A stretch of 64,000 nt of DNA from Guillardia theta CCMP2712 (lineage: Eukaryota; Protista; Cryptophyta), in assembly GCF_000315625.1 (NCBI RefSeq), contig NW_005434669.1, positions 283,238 to 347,237 of the forward strand, given 5' to 3'. A program made the position numbers and the translations under genes. This document shows positions 61,665-64,000 of the stretch, one piece after another. Numbering within the stretch: position 1 is the stretch's first letter; each line of letters starts with the position of its first letter. The notes under the pieces were generated by a model, which was not told where the DNA came from, did not search any database, and worked only from the letters and a program-made list of their open reading frames with translations.

Positions 61665-63229
61665 GGAATCCTGCGGGCCGCAGGGAACTGTCTTGCTGCA
61701 ACTGAAATCAAACTGTCTTGCTGCAACTGAAACCAAACTCCCTCGAGTACAGGAGGCTTGAGAGTCAGGAGGGGGTGAAAACCGCTGGGCAGACCTGCAT
61801 CACTAGTGTCATGTGCTTGCGTCAGGACGAGCGGGCTGGTTCTGCCCGCTGGTCACACGAGCATAGGATCACTCCCCATGCTCAGCCATGAGGCGTCTCT
61901 GGGGTGATTTGATGTGCGGTGAGAAGGAGCTCGAGGCGGGTGGGGGCAGTGGGCTTAGCAACTACAGCGCAGAGGAGAAATGACACAGAGCAAGGAAAAG
62001 GAGGAGGAGGAGGAGGAGATAATGGTAAGGAGGATGTAAGCAAGGATAGGCTATAGGAAGAACGAGCTCGGACAGGAACGCAGAAACCTCTCGCAGCTAT
62101 GTCTATCACATAAACTTGGTCTCCCCCAACTCCTTGCTTCTTCAAGTCTATCAGTCGACAGCTCAACGTCAGACCCCATGATGCTCTCCTTACTTCCGCA
62201 TCTCCTTTGTCTGATTCCTTTCCCTGGTTACTTCACTCCCTCGTCTCAAGCTTCCCCTTTCCCGCCCGTCCTCTCTCCACCCTATTTCTTGCTTTCTTCC
62301 ATCCCCTGTTCCTCCCTCACGTTCTTTCCACTCCCGACCGTCCATCCCTCCACTCCACTCTACTCTGCATCGCTCCTCTCCTCTCTCCTCTCCCTCTTCC
62401 ATCCCATTCCCCATCGTTTCTTGTCTGCTAATTCCGCATCCCCCATGAGACATTCGTTTCGCTCGTCGATCGTCCCTCCTTCCCTTCTCCCATTCTCAAT
62501 TTGATCCCTCCATGGTAAGAGAAGTATCAATTGAGCTCCTAATAGAATCGACCCAGCCCTGGCCCCTACACCTCTGGCTACACTTGCCCCTCAATCCCCA
62601 CTTCCCCCTCCTCTGGCAGAATTTTTAAAATAGTTTTAGTCATGATTTGGGTTGGAACGATGTGCTTTCCATGATGATTTGAATCTTATAATTTATATAA
62701 TCGAAAAATAAAGTTTTCCGATATTTAAATAACTTTTTTGAAAGTTCAAATATCTATATATCCCCCAAAAATGTTTTGAAAAGGCCGTTACGAATCTGGA
62801 CGGCATTCCCTTTGACTACCCCTTGTTTTCAGTACCATTACCCCTGACGCAGACCCCACCCGTGACCTCATAAAACCTGGCGATTGAGGTAAAACTACAT
62901 ATTAAATATATAAATATATATATGTTAAACCCGGACCAGGAGGGGGAAGGCAGGAAAGAGGAGGAGGAGGAGGAGGAGGAGGAGGAGGAGTACAGGGTGA
63001 AGAAGGATATGATGTGAAATGGGTGCAAACAATGAGTGTGATGCGATCATTGTCGACTGAACATGAGCGCAATCATCTCATAACGTCAACCGGCCTTGAT
63101 GGAAAAGTTGTTAAGGTGAAGAAGTCAAAGTAAGTGAACAAGTCTTGGTTGGGATCTCAGAAATGGAACTGTACGATTTTCGATCATTTATACTGCCTGG
63201 TTTTATGGGTATGAAGTGGTCAAGACTTA

Positions 63230-64000
63230 GTTAGTTGAGTTTTACTTCCGCAAAGTAAAAAACGATAACAGCATCGAAAAACTCGTAAGTCAGGGATAGC
63301 CTGAATGCAAGATGATGTCCATCGAGCAGTTGCATGCCACCTTTGAGGTGCATCCCAGAGCCTGATCATCTTCAAAGTCTCCTCATACCATCATTCTTGC
63401 GAAACTCTCCGACATCCAGCGTTCCCCCTCCCATCCCCGCACCCATTCCTCGCAGTCATTTCAGAATGGCGAAAGCATTACGATTCCCTTCCGCATGCCA
63501 ACTGCGCATGAAAAGTCTCCTCTCCTCATCTTTGGGAAAGAGACCAGGATGTTGTCCTCGGATTGGGACATGGCTCTCACTGTCCTGGTACCTTGGCAGC
63601 ACCTGTTGGTGAAGTGATCTTGGGCTGCGGATGAAATCAGTTCCGACTTGTTAGCACACAACAGGGATGAGCGACCGCTGGGTCCTTCTTGAGCTTCTTC
63701 ATCTTCCCTGTTGCGGATCCAAACCACAACGTCATCCAACGGAGGAGCTCGTTAGTCAAGGTCACCTGCTGACTGGGGGTTGCCGTCGTCAGCATCATCG
63801 GTATCCTCCCCCTCAGCCGCGTCCTCCTGCAGGAGCGATCATGCTCACGTTCCAACAGAGGTTCAGATCCTCACCTCCCCATCATCGCTGAAGGACGCTC
63901 CCTTGCCCCCACTCTTGCGCTTTCTCTTCTTCCCCTAGCACGAGGATCAGAGGGCTGCGTCCGTCAGCGCAAAGTCACCTTCATGGCGCTATCCGTGTCC
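63230..64000 (-). CDS. 3' part of an unidentified multi-exon gene (truncated by window edge)
   Basis: Splice-like ctcac/cctg signals and coding-like acidic segments (DDVVVWIRNREDEEAQEG). Frame and stop are uncertain. Confidence 0.35.

Noticed and set aside
61686-61732. 22-bp direct repeat AACTGTCTTGCTGCAACTGAAA
   Set aside because: Simple local duplication in a probable intron or UTR with no further structure.
1-64000. tRNA, rRNA or snRNA genes
   Set aside because: None recognised by eye; tRNAscan-SE and Infernal would be needed to exclude them.

Overview
Gene-dense eukaryotic nuclear DNA: about 20 protein genes with many 45-55 nt introns, longer purine/pyrimidine microsatellite introns and two assembly gaps. 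Intron style and bipartite targeting presequences suggest a cryptophyte alga (Guillardia/Hanusia-like). This is an inference, not an identification. Genes in order: GCN5; a 4-TM protein; an MFS transporter; a PDZ/coiled-coil protein; a Cys/His-hairpin protein; an RCC1-repeat protein; a SHAQKYF Myb; DUF1295; a plastid-type DUF1749 hydrolase; a 1426-aa multi-domain glycosyltransferase; a second Cys/His-hairpin protein; a 3xPBZ plus circularly permuted macrodomain protein; SKA2; an NCKX exchanger; kinesin-14; an NFKBIL1-like ankyrin protein; PPi-dependent PEPCK; aspartate aminotransferase; and a long Q-rich protein. The best candidate for a new system is the head-to-head PPi-PEPCK / AspAT pair. 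They catalyse consecutive PEP-OAA-Asp reactions and both carry signal peptides, and the PEPCK presequence ends in a ubiquitin-tail mimic (LRMRGG). This could be a compartmentalised C4-acid module. Exon boundaries and family assignments were read by eye without searches.
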